A DNA stretch of 32,388 nucleotides, from the NCBI GenBank assembly GCA_053919585.1, contig CM132819.1; one strand, given 5' to 3'. Under the pieces are notes generated by a model. It searched no databases. It was not told the origin of the DNA and saw only the letters and a program-made list of their open reading frames with translations. This document shows positions 11,391 to 24,185 of the stretch, piece by piece (position 1 is the stretch's first letter; each line of letters begins with the position of its first letter). The position numbers and the translations under genes were made by a program. This stretch comes from Euprymna scolopes (lineage: Eukaryota).

Positions 11391-12089
11391 TTTTTATTGC
11401 TACCCCGACAAAAGGAGGGTTGACCTGTAAATCCACCCTTGTCTATTCGTCTGTCCACACTTTTCTCAATAACGACGCCTTGGAATTTTTGGACATTTTC
11501 ACAAACATTAAACATTATATGAGCCAAAAAGTAACAAAACGGATTTTCCGGGAAAACTCTGGTTACCCCACTCGGGGTACCTTTCGGGTTAACATGGCTA
11601 AAATAGACACTTTTGTGCTTATTAATAAAATGCCTTGGCTTTTCATAAAACTTCCCGAAAAGCTGTAACTAACTTATTTCTATATAATTCTGTTTGTCTA
11701 TACTTCGCAATATTTGTTGGGGTGCCTCAGGGGCTCTTTTAGGGTTTTATTAGCCCATTTTGGGACTATTTTACCATATATGCCCAAAATTTTCTGTGTA
11801 TGCTTATTTAGGAGTTCTGCATCATGCTGAACTCAAATTTAAATATGTTACCGTCTTGGAGACTTTGGGGTCTGAATATGGGTGGGGAGGAGGGGTCAAG
11901 TAATTGACTAAGTAATTTCTTTATTTGCATGGTGCAGAACTCAAATTTACATATGCTAAGGCCTAACACCGCACCTTTTAATTTTGGCAAGGATTTTACG
12001 TCCCCATGGGGCTTTTAGGGCTGAATGGGGAGGAGGCAATGTTGGACGTAGTCATTTTTTATGCCTCGTTCACTGCCCACTCACTTGTT
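11391..12089 (+). mobile_element. Helentron-associated (HINE/DINE-1-like) non-autonomous element, boundaries approximate
   Basis: Starts in a T-run (TTTTTATTGCTACCCCGAC), then short inverted repeat AGGGTTGA..TCCACCCT, GTCT/GTCC microsatellite relic, internal diverged direct repeats (11818-11850 vs 11926-11958, 28/33 identical); ends ..CACTCACTTGTT. The 3' subterminal IR is not intact. Confidence 0.5.
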
Positions 12090-12632
12090 ATAAAAATGTA
12101 TCCCCCATTGTCTCAAACTTTACATTTATAACATTGTAGTGAATTTTTACGAAATTATTTAAAAAAAAAATAGGATTTATTCAATGTTCGATTTAATTAG
12201 TGCAAGATGTTTCAGTGAGTTTTTGATTAATACTGAATTTAAAACCTGTGTATGTTTCGTTGAAGCGAAAAATGCTGTCCATAATCACGTGTTCTCAATT
12301 TATGATATTAGCTATCCGGTGTTGATCGATCGTGCATATACTTGCAAGAATCTTAAGCTATGTCGCCCAATTAATCTAGATTATTTTAGTTTAATATCAA
12401 GGAAAACTCTCTATAGACGAATACGGGGTTACATTTCCTTTTTAGAAATATCACCCATTAGAAAAAAAAATCCGATCTGGACAATATAGTGTTAAGAAAA
12501 ATAATGAATTGAGATACTTTTTATTCTTAACGATGTACAAGAAACACTGATGAATACGACTAAAATATTAGTTTGGTAGGGGAAAAACTATGACAAAAAT
12601 ATTAAGCGATAAGCTTTACGTTACATAGTAGA

Positions 12633-13058
12633 CTAGCCTGGGTGCCCGGCGTTGCCCGGGTGTTTGGAGTTGTGTTGAGAAAAAAGTGGTAGTAGGCAGA
12701 CAGGCTAGAAGCCGTTACGCGAGGGCGGAAAAAAGTAAAGAAAATCTGACATCTTAGCTGATGTTTCCATGGCCCGATCGGAAGTCAAAAGCATTACAAT
12801 TAACCGAACTCAATCCAACGGTGACGATAACTTGCTAAAATGCAGGCGAAAAATGTGACCCATTCTTGTACAAAACGGCGAGTTTAGAGTGAAGGAAGTA
12901 ATGTTTTTGGCCAATTTTTCGATATTTGTCGTCCGAGATATAGGGATTCAGCATGATGCTGATCTCGTCAGGATCCGTCGCCTCTGTCGAAAGTTTTTGC
13001 AAGACATACATAGATACATACATACATTTTAACAGACAGACGACATTTATATTATAGA
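12633..13058 (-). mobile_element. Non-autonomous Helitron, copy A (426 bp)
   Basis: On the minus strand: A|TCTATAATATAAATG.., (TATG)n relic, 3' hairpin CCCGG-GCAACG-CCGGG, terminal CTAG|T; inserted between A and T without TSD; colinear with 29238-29662. Confidence 0.92.
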
Positions 13059-13980
13059 TTAAAAACAATTATTTTTTTTATTCAACTGGATTTCTTTTTC
13101 ATGTTAATTCATGATTTATTTAATTAGGACGAATATGCGCTGATTCGACTTATTTTTATCATTATCTGCGTGATAAACTATATTTAATATACGTGTTTAT
13201 AAATATATGCAGAACTCGTGCCACCTTCGTATTCAAATCGATGCCTCAACTATTTAACTTTTTTGTATGCCTCCAAAGATGAGAGAAAAGTGAATGATAA
13301 GCGATCGTGAATGTTGGTCTAGAGATGGAGTTGATCTACACTTCGTGTGGAAAAGTGCGTTTATTCGAGTTAGATAATCAACTCATGGACCGTCTCATAC
13401 AACCAAGCGAAAATAAAAGAATAAAGGTTTTTATTCTAATTTCTTTCTTTCTTGAGCGATTGCTTCCTATTTCTCGTGTTTGTGAACGAAGTAGGATTGT
13501 TTTAGTGGACAAATTGACAGAATATTGCATTAGGGAGTCATTGTAGGGAGGCAGGAAATTGAATAGTGGGGTGGCAGAGTCAGAGGAACAACAGAGCGAG
13601 AGAGAAATAGATTGATAAAACCATACAAAAAGGATTGATAGAGAGGGAAGGAGAGGGTGGGCAAACAAGAAAGTATGCGGAAGTGACAAAGAAAAGAAAA
13701 ATGATGAGGATAGATGGCCGAGATGACCCACCACTGTGCGTGTCTAAGTATGATGACAGTAAATAACCGCATCACTAAAACCACCACCGCTATCTGGGCG
13801 AGACAGTCAACTTCGCCCGGGGTAAGACGAGGCGATAAATAAGAGAATGGATAAAAATGAAAGACACTTGTGAAAAATGTATGGCGTGGAAAAGGTTTAC
13901 ACAATTCTTTTCGTGAACACTTTTACACTTCTCGTTCTCCACTTAAGATACCCCTCCATCTCCCCAGCTTTTATTATATA

Positions 13981-14612
13981 CTAGCGGGGTACCCGGCGTT
14001 GCACGGGTGACTGGAGGTGTAAAAGAAAAAAGTGTTAGTAGGGAGGGAGGCTCGAACACGTGACGCGAAGGCGAAAAAAAAACAAAAACAAAAAAAACGT
14101 CACATTTTACCGCTACGAAGCCATAGAAAGTGGAGTTTCGTGATGATCAAAAAGTTGACTACGCATGTGCAGAAATGAAGGTTGGCTGAAGGCCAGTTCA
14201 CCTTTCCGCCATTTCATTTATTTGTTTCCCCACGACGTTGAGGAAACCAAGCTCCCCAGAAATATGGGGGAGCACTCAAATAAATAGCAATTGTTTTATA
14301 TAAAGGGTATCCCCCATATTGCTCAAAGCTGATTGCCTTCAAGAGGTGCCGGCCAGGAAGATCAGCTGATTTGATTCGATTTAGTTTCGCTTTATTTATA
14401 CGAAAAAGACAAACCTTAGAAACCGTTTCTTTTGTTCGTTTGTTTTTTTTTTTTTTTAACTCGCTCAAAATAAATGTAGAGACGATTACCATTCGCAAAT
14501 CGTAGATATTACAATAGGGAGTATATAAATTTCTAAAATATAGTACCCACATGAAAAGTCTTTACTGGACATACAAAAACGCGTGGGGCCGTTTTGCCTT
14601 TTAATATATAGA
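13981..14612 (-). mobile_element. Non-autonomous Helitron, copy C (632 bp), same 3' end as A/B but different 5' part
   Basis: Minus strand begins A|TCTATATATTAAAAGG and ends ACCCGTGCAACGCCGGGTACCCCGCTAG|T; about 100-120 bp at the 3' end align with copies A and B. Confidence 0.85.
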
Positions 14613-16020
14613 TAATCGAATACGCGCATTTGTATTTATCTGTGTGTTCGAAAACACTAACTAAACATTTTTTGCCCCACTCTAATTAATAGGGATAAAA
14701 ATGTCGATCGCTGTCGGAAGCATCCTTGCCAGTGATGACCATCAGTTGGCATCGATAATCTTGATCATGATAATCTTACATAAAGAATATGAAATTCATG
14801 TTGATTAGAATAAAGCAAACTCATCACCCACACATTAAACATACATCACATACGTATTTCGAAAATTCAAGTACTGTATTGCCGAATAGAGAGCTCATTG
14901 TATTTGTGTACATAGCAAATTACAAGCACATGTCTTGTGAAGTCTGAGTCTATAAGAACTATGAGCTGAGATAATTGTCATATACGCTATATGAAGGTTA
15001 TATATATATGCTGTGTGCATTTTGAAAGTACATAACATTTGTTGGATAAGTATACTTCGTTTTTATGAAATGAAGCCCATTATATGTAGATACATAGACA
15101 AGCGTAATCGAATAGGGATGGTTAATGGGTAGAGTGATAAAGGGTGTGTAGTAGTAGAGGGTGAGAGAAAAAAGAGAAAAGATTTAAGCGAAGAACAAAA
15201 GAAAAAGTGGAAAGTTTTTCACGATTTGTCATTTCTTTTGTCCGTCTTTGTCCTGTCTGACACCGACCATCAGATATTGTTGCAATACCAGGTGCATCTC
15301 ACGTAAAAGGACATGCCGGACAAAGCGGCCGTACATAAGTACATATCTCTGCACCTTCTGCATGCAAACACAAACAAACGATGCAATTGTCCAATTTGTG
15401 GCTGCGATTATTATGTCGACGATCTTTACCCAATTTATTTTGGTAGAGATCTGTATTCATGAATAAGATAGGAAGTAGAAAAAGAGGCATTTTTAAGAAG
15501 CGAAAGGGCTCTGGGAAAGAAGAGAAACACAAGGAAACATGGCGGTTAGGAGAACGAGAATGAAATGGGGTTTGCAGCCATCGGTGGGCATTACAGCAAT
15601 TCACCTCAGGCCAAACAATTAATGAGATTTGAATAGATGGAAAGAGGACACGCGAATGGACAAGAGACTGACCAAACAATTGCTTTAGATAAATGTAGTA
15701 TATAAGGGTGGTGGGTTAGCATTGTACGCTAACCGATCTTTAATCTCATTCCTTAATAGAGTCGAATCGGGTAAGCTCGAATAAGAGAATCCTACGGCGA
15801 GACAAAATTGAAATGTATGAAAAAAAAAAAAAACGAGTCTTGCAAACAGTCTGAACGAAACGATATGAGAGCTACATTTTAAACTTTGCTTTATTTGCTT
15901 CTTTGGACTTAAGACTAAAACGGATATATGTCAGAAGTGATGGACCGAATATTTTAGGTAACATCAGATAAGCAGTCTACATTCAATACTAAGTAACAAA
16001 GCCCACTGTGTATTTACTTT

Positions 16021-16190
16021 TATATACATAAATATATTTATATGTCTGTCCTGTCAAGCAAAAGTTAAAACGCTACATAAAACTCATTTATGCTAAGTAA
16101 AATATTCCATGACAATTTCAAATGAAATATTAATAATAAATTAGACAAATGCGTGTGAATTCTTCCCGAGCAACACTGACAAAGCGATAA
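16021..16190 (+). mobile_element. Heavily decayed short Helitron-like relic
   Basis: CCCGAGCAACACTGA (16165-16179) differs from the family hairpin CCCGGGCAACGCCGG by four transitions, followed by GCGATAAT (cf. GCGCTAGT); upstream TATA-rich start plus TGTCTGTC. Confidence 0.4.
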
Positions 16191-17492
16191 TACTTAAACG
16201 TGCAAACGGACTACCCATGACGGATCTTTTAATATAGAAAATTCACAGGTAAAAAAAGTAGAACCAGAAATGCTGCATTCTCAATTCTATTAAAGGTTGT
16301 GGACCAGGGAAAGCATATAGGAATATTTAAATACATAGCGAAAAACAAAAAAAAAAACGGAAACTGAATGAGTAATCAATACCAGCGTTTGAAAAAAAAA
16401 TCAGGCAAATAATAAAACTAAAACGTATTTATCGGTTCTGCAAGAGGTTAGACGGACCAGGTGAGATTTTCAGAAGTCAGTGCACTAGGTGAAGTGAATT
16501 CTGGTTTACAAAATGTACCTGAGCAATCTTGTCAGCATTCCTCGTTATAACATATAACATTATATAGCTTATTAATAACGCAACTCGATTATTAGAGAGA
16601 AAGTGGACACCCTAGAATTGAACAGGGCCATATTCGCCTCGATTGCAATAAAGGCGCTGCTGAAGTGATTGCCAAGAATGCATCCTAGACTAGTGTGTGC
16701 AACGAGGAGACCATGTGGGATCTTGACCTAATTTTATCGTTCTGAACTTTATACAAATGGCTGTCATTAAAGATATTAACGCTTAAACTGCTGCATATAA
16801 GTTGACAAAGACTTGAACACAAACTCGCGTATTATAATGCATAACAATTTCAGCATGTCGGCCTTGACAAATATATCACCAATGTAACTACAAATCATAT
16901 CGAATGCAAGGAACTTAGGCTTAGATTCCTGGCCGAATATCAATGAAAGCAAACTAACCATATTTTATACAATTAGCGTATTGTTAAGAAGAATTACTTT
17001 TTTCTCGTAATAATTATTTCTTGTTCACTAGTAAAAAGAAGACAACCTGGAAGGCAGTTCAGCGAGAAAGTGGGGAGAGCGGTTACCAACAAGTTCGTAA
17101 TACTATCAGTTCGTTAAGTGGCGTAGGGGTGGGAGACAAACGGTGGTGACCAGGTTTAGTGCGGCGGGGCAAGGAAGATTCGGTGGACAGGGCACGGGTT
17201 AGAGTGGGGCGAAACAGAATTTTCTTCCATTTGATTCTGTTCACAAAAATCGATCAGGTTCTCTCGATTGGCTTGATTGTATTGATCGGCGGCGGCGATC
17301 AGTCTCCGTCAGCATCGAATCTTTTCTTAATTTTTAAGAAAGAAAACGACGCTTCCATCATCCCCCTTGATCACAGTACAAAAACGACGGTAAAAAAATA
17401 TTCGACATTATCCAATTTCTTAATTCAATTTAGATTATGCTAAGTCATTGTAAAATACATACGATACACAACATTGTTGGCATATTCCTAGG

Positions 17493-17494
<2 letters not shown>

Positions 17495-17537
<43 letters not shown>
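17495..17537. repeat. (TA)n microsatellite
   Basis: seen directly. Confidence 0.97.
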
Positions 17538-17540
<3 letters not shown>

Positions 17541-18310
17541 TGCACGTTTCTCATAACTTGTTCAATAAAGACAGATAATTCAATCAAAAGCAATGATATA
17601 TATCTAATATATAAAGTAATGTCAGTCTTTTAATTTCTTAATCGTTAATAGTTTTCCTTCTATAAAATTAATTATTGATCAGTTTTCTTGTAAATAGCTG
17701 CAGTATGCCATGAATCAGAAAATCATTTTTTTTAGGAAATGTACTTTCAGACGGGATCCTTTTTCACTTAAACACGAAACTAAACTCCGTATTTGTTCAA
17801 TACAAATTCACTCCTCCCCCCTTTCATGTGAATAAAAATGACTTACATAGATATTAAGGAAAAAGCGTAAATGCTATCAATAATTTAGACAGTTGTTAAT
17901 GAGACTATTTTTATTCTCATGGTTAAACTTGCAAAAAAAGTTATCGCCCACTTGGAGGATTCATCATTGAAACAGAGGGGGAGAAAATCCAACTCTTTCT
18001 AAAGACGCATTTGTCAACCCTGACCACATCCATTAATGACGTAACATCAAAACGAAAAAATAAATTAATATATTCGTGGCCCAATATGCAGCTACAACAG
18101 AATAAACTAGAATTATAATTTTAAAATGTGCCTTAATTGATTATTATTTCTCAAAGTCTGTACTGGTATCCATTAAACAAGAAAAGCTGACGGCAGGTTG
18201 AAGAAGAAAGTTTAAGTGTCGGATGACCCCCCCCCCCGAAAAAAAACAACAAACAAAAACAAACGCAGTAAAGTGAACAATTAAAAATAATGGAATAAAA
18301 GTTTTTTCTC

Positions 18311-18342
<32 letters not shown>

Positions 18343-18606
18343 TGCTTTGAAGACAATAGTTTGGTGAGGCATTCAAATATTAGTCAACATTTATAAAGAA
18401 TAAAACTATTAACATCATACAAAGGGGGTAGAATAAATGTTCCTTGTTTGGATTTTAGTGTTTTCGTGATTCTATCTAATAAAAAGCGGAGGTGGGTGAC
18501 CTTTATCACATTTACCAAATTATTTTCGTAAATAAGGAATTATTTTAAAGATTCCGAACAACGATAAAGCGGGAGATACGTTATTTAAACTGATAACTGC
18601 AAAAGG

Positions 18607-18735
18607 NNNNNNNNNNNNNNNNNNNNNNNNNNNNNNNNNNNNNNNNNNNNNNNNNNNNNNNNNNNNNNNNNNNNNNNNNNNNNNNNNNNNNNNNNNNNNN
18701 NNNNNNNNNNNNNNNNNNNNNNNNNNNNNNNNNNN
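18607..18735. other. Assembly gap (N run)
   Basis: Ns in sequence. Confidence 1.
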
Positions 18736-19789
18736 TCAGACGGATGTTTCGATAAAACGAAAAATTTAATCAAATATAGTTGATTCGTCGTGTAAGTGAT
18801 AATCAGTTCTAAATGACAATCGTCACCAGGTTAAAGGTGCAATCCTGAATATGGTCGACACATAGGATTTACAAATAAAAATTACTTTATACATTTATTC
18901 AATCCGGCCTGGAAAACGAGAATGGATTTGAAAGGGAATTTTTTTTTTTAAATACAAAAGTAAATATAAAAGAAAAACAAAAGATGAAAACGAAAAATCA
19001 AAGTACAAAAAAAATATTAAAAAAATAAATATACATATAGTTTTTGTCTATTTATCAAATCTAGTTTGATGAGGTAATTTATTGCAGAGATAAAAACAAA
19101 GCAAACATCCATCTTAAATGATTCATTAAATTATATACAATTAATTGAAGACAAGTTAATTTGAGGCATTAAAGGAGATTTAAAAAATGCCGGACCATGT
19201 CTTTTCCAGTTGTAACATGCGGAAAATAATCATTGACCACAATATATTCGATCCCATAATCAATGAGGTATATATTTGTTTGACCATGCGCTGGTCGGGT
19301 ATGTTTCGAACGTTACCATAAATACTAATAAAGTGATACTAATTATAGGGAATCATATGAAATGCTTAGTGATGAGAATTACAAGAAACATAGCTGTACA
19401 ACATGAAATTAAAAATAAAAAAAAATATATTTTACAATTGAAATTAAAAAAAGAACATTCACTTTACGAAGAAAGGATAATTAGATAAAAGAAATCGATA
19501 GACATTAATTGAATTTAAATCGATTGATCGAGCTGTGTAATTGGTGAGAGTCCGGGTCGGCAGTTTGAAATACGAAAACGTCTCAAAATAGAGTATATAA
19601 TAAACCGGAGGGGGTAATAGAGGAATGTGGGGGTGTCAGTGCGTGTGTGGTCGACAGTGAATCATGTACGACGAACACACAGACACAACATCGAGAAATA
19701 GACGAAAGGAATTGATTTGTTTTTCAGCAAGACTAATAATTCTCAGACGACGACGACGACTAATATATAAATGGTTAAAAACACTTAAA

Positions 19790-19961
19790 NNNNNNNNNNN
19801 NNNNNNNNNNNNNNNNNNNNNNNNNNNNNNNNNNNNNNNNNNNNNNNNNNNNNNNNNNNNNNNNNNNNNNNNNNNNNNNNNNNNNNNNNNNNNNNNNNNN
19901 NNNNNNNNNNNNNNNNNNNNNNNNNNNNNNNNNNNNNNNNNNNNNNNNNNNNNNNNNNNNN
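19790..19961. other. Assembly gap (N run)
   Basis: Ns in sequence, abutting a tandem repeat. Confidence 1.
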
Positions 19962-20808
19962 AGGGAGAAAGGAAAAGGGAGAAAGGAAAAGGGAGAAAGG
20001 AAAAGGGAGAAAGGAAAAGGGAGAAAGGAAAAGGGAGAAAGGAAAAGGGAGAAAGGAAAAGGGAGAAAGGAAAAGGGAGAAAGGAAAAGGGAGAAAGGAA
20101 AAGGGAGAAAGGAAAAGGGAGAAAGGAAAAGGGAGAAAGGAAAAGGGAGAAAGGAAAAGGGAGAAAGGAAAAGGGAGAAAGGAAAAGGGAGAAAGGAAAA
20201 GGGAGAAAGGAAAAGGGAGAAAGGAAAAGGGAGAAAGGAAAAGGGAGAAAGGAAAAGGGAGAAAGGAAAAGGGAGAAAGGAAAAGGGAGAAAGGGAAAAA
20301 GGAAAAGGGAAAAAGGAAAAGGGAAAAAGGAAAAGGGAAAAAGAAAAAAAAGGGAAAAAGAAAAAAAAGGGAAAAAAGAAAAAAAGGGGAAAAAGAAAAA
20401 AGGGGAAAAAAGAAAAAAGGGGAAAAAAGAAAAAAGGGAACAAAAAGAAAAAAGGGAAAAAAAGAAAAAAAGGGAAAAAAAGAATAAAAGGGAAAAAAAG
20501 AAAAAAGGGAAAAAAGGGGAAAAAAGAAAAAAGGGAAAAAAGGGGAAAAAAGAAAAAAGGGGAAAAAAGAAAAAAGGGGGAAAAAAGAAAAAAAGGGGGA
20601 AAAAAGAAAAAAAGGGGGAAAAAGAAAAAAGGGGGAAAAAGAAAAAAGGGGGAAAAGGAAAAAAGGGGGAAAAAGAAAAAGGGGGAAAAAGAAAAAAGGG
20701 GGAAAAAGAAAAAAGGGGGAAAAAGAAAAAAGGGGAAAAAGAAAAAGGGGAAAAAGAAAAAGGGGGAAAAAGAAAAAGGGGGGAAAGAAAAAGGGGGAAA
20801 AAGAAAAG
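19962..20808 (+). repeat. 14-bp polypurine minisatellite (AGGGAGAAAGGAAA)n grading into irregular G-run/A-run tract
   Basis: Exact period 14 to ~20290, then degenerate; explains ORFs 19664-20830 and 19775-20827. Confidence 0.97.
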
Positions 20809-21304
20809 ACGAATAGAGCACTTCCACTAATGTTTATATAAACAGCAATATTTTATTTTCGAGCTTTTGCCGATGGCGAAATTGATAAAACGCTTAAAAA
20901 AATAAATAAAATAAAAAATAAATGAATAAAAAAATAAATTTCAATTCCAGCTTTACCAACTTTCATGTCTTGACACACATAAGCTGTGCTAGCGCTCTAC
21001 TGGATTTACGTAGTAGCATGGAGACCTGACGTTGTCCAGGATTGAACAAGTATGAAGAAATGTTCCATCCGATCACAATTTTATTGTCATCGAAATCGAT
21101 GAAATCGCCCGTTTTATAATCAAATCGATTGCTGCTTGCTCTAAGTAGTGTCAATGCACTGCAATGCATCCGGGGGGGCTTTATATCCCTCCTGTCGTGA
21201 AAGACACAACACATTGCAGTCTACATTGCACCGTAGAGAATCTAATGTTGATTTTATAAAATAATCTGTAAATAATGGCTTCACTTAAGTTTAAAATGCG
21301 TCAA

Positions 21305-21640
21305 GTATCATGGGCCAATCGTGCTACAAACGTAATCATTTATTTCGGACGCGCTCCTGTCTATAAAACAATCTGAAGTTGATTTTATAGTCTCAGCCAT
21401 TCTGCTTGTGTAGTGAAAATACTTCAAGTGCATTAGGCGGCAGAAAAGTTAACTTTGTCAAAATTGGACTTCCTTCTTTAATCGGATTTCTTCGATTATC
21501 CATACTTATCCGACGAATTCCGACAAAGGACACATCAAACTCTTTCGTGTGCCGTTTTTTTCTTTTTCAAATTGGCCCAGCCGTTTTAAAGTCCATAAGG
21601 AACAAACTCAGAGAAAGTTTCGTTTATCACATAGTAGAGA
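21305..21640 (-). mobile_element. Decayed Helitron-like element of a different family
   Basis: Minus strand starts A|TCTCTACTATGTGATAAAC..TTTGTTCCTTATGGACTTTAAAACGGCTGGGCCAATTTGAAAA, resembling Lep1-type Helitron 5' regions (from recall). CGTGCTACAAACG near 21320 may be an eroded 3' hairpin; CTAG is not intact. Confidence 0.4.
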
Positions 21641-21832
21641 TAACGTACCCTATCATTGCGAGAAATCCGTTGGACTTCGGGATAGACCTCATAATTATAT
21701 ATATAATTATATATATTCTAAAGCAACATTACTTAAGGTACGTTGATAGACATTTCTCTTTGATCCGAGGAGGTTCCTAAACGTCCATTTCATAAGTAGA
21801 AAACGACTAAATTCCTGATAATTATAACAGGT

Positions 21833-21834
<2 letters not shown>

Positions 21835-21870
<36 letters not shown>

Positions 21871-21892
21871 CATATATACATATATATATATA
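21835..21892. repeat. (TA)n/(CA) interrupted microsatellite
   Basis: seen directly. Confidence 0.95.
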
Positions 21893-23938
21893 AGCAAAAA
21901 CACCTAAACCTCAATTTACATTTACGCTCAACCTTTTTTTTTAAATGAACAATTATCGAACTATCCTTTCTATCACTGGAAAGTATACATAAACAACAGC
22001 AGCCCTTTAATCTATTCTTCATAGTTAAAAAAAAAAAAAGTGAACCTTTTGACTATCGCATCACTTTGAAATTTGAAAACGATTTCGAAGTATTTAAACT
22101 GGCAAATACAAACCGGATATAAAATAATACTGTTAATTTATATCGGTAGAAGGAAGAAAAAAAGGTGTAGGTTTTCCCGCGTCACTGTCGTTTCAAAGAC
22201 CCGTTAGTTTTGTAGAGAAGAGGAGGTGTATTGTATCAGAAAGCAGAATCGGCGTCGGCAGCGGCGGAGATTCTGTTTAGTCAATAGACGATACATCAAT
22301 AAGAAGAAAACAGAGAAATATATTTTTAGTTGGCGGACATCGTTGGAAAAGACAAAGCGAACGCCTGTCTAAAAATAGTGCGTTGATAACGAAACGAATA
22401 TATTGACACGTATATCGGGCGGTTTTGCTTTTTACAGAAGAATGGTGAGAGAAATCGGAAATAATTATCTTAGAGGAAAACTAGACAAACAGTACAAGAA
22501 AACCGGCAACGTGGATAATAAAAGCTTGTATTTCAGCGATACGTACGTTACAACCTTCCGCACCCATTTAAAATGAGATCGTCCAATCATGAAAAAATAA
22601 TTATGAAAGCCATAGAATATTATTCTAACTTAAACACCCTTCCTTGCCCTTTTGCCTTGGAATAAAGTGTAGTATATGCTCTAATGATGTGTTTAGTATT
22701 CAGTTCTCGCTTAATGAACAACTCCTTCCTGATTGAGACAGATTTTCAAAATTTCTTACAATCCAGATATGAACTGGATTTTTTCTAATAAAAATCGATC
22801 CTGTTTAATTTGCTCTCGTAAGGAGGCAAGGAAATAACGATATTGTAGTAATTAAAAAAATATAACATGAAATTCGAGACTTTAAAAGTACACATTGATT
22901 CCCTAGAAACACCAGTAGTGTCTTGAGGGAGACAAGGATTATTATTATATAACATGTTTCAGTAAATGTCATTACGTACACTTTTTCCTACACTATCATT
23001 GCATTCTTTTACATCACTACAGCCATATTTACAAAAGACATACTGATCTCCTTTAGAGAAACGACGAACACGAATATTTCTATTAAGAAAAAATAAAAAT
23101 AAAAAGTAGTTAATTAGTCGGATTCAATAGGCTACTATAACTCGTTTATTCCAGGCAATGCCATTTATTTCTGCTAGTGTTTTAACAAGCAAAACTTTAG
23201 AGACGGTTACATCATACTCGTACGCCATTTTATCTCCTAAACATGAAACAAATTAGGTACCGTGAATTGCAATTAAACTTCCACGTGTAATGGAACTCTA
23301 GCGTATCATCAGTAATTGTTATGTAGACCTTTTGAATTCGAATTTTAATTCAAAATTACGAAAACTAAGTGATGCTACTAAGTTTAAAATTGCAACAAAC
23401 GCTTCCCCCATTTCGTCACTCTTGCTCGTTTTTAAAGTTAAAATAATGTTTTTATATTCAAAAGATTCTTTTTACTGGAAATGATCTAAAGAATGTTTTC
23501 ATTTTCTTAAGTGACATCACCAAAGATGAAAGCAATTGATTTTTATTAAAAGGAACCTTTTGTTTAAATGCGACATTTCTAGTTTCGCACAAAAAATCAA
23601 CCGGAAGTTGCACTGACTAAGCCGCTTTAAGTATCAAAACTTTTTGTAATATAGAAGACTATTTCATTATCTTCGTTTTTAATCATGTTTTAAAATATCA
23701 AATCTTTTCAAATAGTAATACTCATTTTTTATATAAAATCTTGAGTAATGGAAGAAGAATAATGATAAAAGAAAAAAATTCAATACAGATAAAAAAAAAA
23801 AAATGGAGGCAAACATCAGTGAACTGGGGACAAATTAAGCAAGTGTCTGAAATATTTAATTTTCTGATGTCATTCCTTTTTGTAAAACACAAATATGAAA
23901 TCCAAATGAGTGCGTTAGTTCGCAAAATAAATAAAATT

Positions 23939-24011
23939 TAAAAAAATAAAATAAAACAAAAAATAAAACAAAAAATAAAACAAAAAAATAAAACAAAAAA
24001 ATAAAAAAAAT
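23939..24011 (+). repeat. A-rich ~11-bp repeat (AAAAATAAAAC)n
   Basis: seen directly. Confidence 0.85.
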
Positions 24012-24185
24012 AATTGCCATATTGGGCGACAGCAAAACGAAAAACTTGAAGTGTAGGTAAACTATTTCAAAACATGTCAGACACATTTAGGCTAACAGAA
24101 TTATTGGTAACCGATTCAATATAATTTAAAAAAACGGAAAAATTAAAAATAAACAAAAAGAAAAAGTGTGGAAAAGGAGAAAAAG

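Noticed and set aside
11819-12961. 13-mer GCATCATGCTGAA shared (inverted) between the HINE-like element and Helitron A
   Set aside because: Several 13-mer matches are expected by chance; not conserved in Helitron B
15699-15734. TATATAA followed by GGTTAGC/GCTAACC 7-bp stem
   Set aside because: Short motifs expected by chance; no downstream gene evidence
16468-16560. Frame reading FSEVSALGEVNSG..VPEQS..LYI, faintly like the RT SGVPQGS motif
   Set aside because: Key residues missing and no supporting neighbouring motifs
17603-17627. A|TCTAATATATAAAGTAATGTCAGTC, Helitron 5'-end-like
   Set aside because: No matching hairpin plus CTAG end found downstream
19664-20830. 388-aa and 350-aa ORFs
   Set aside because: Span an N gap and a 14-bp purine repeat; no coding signal
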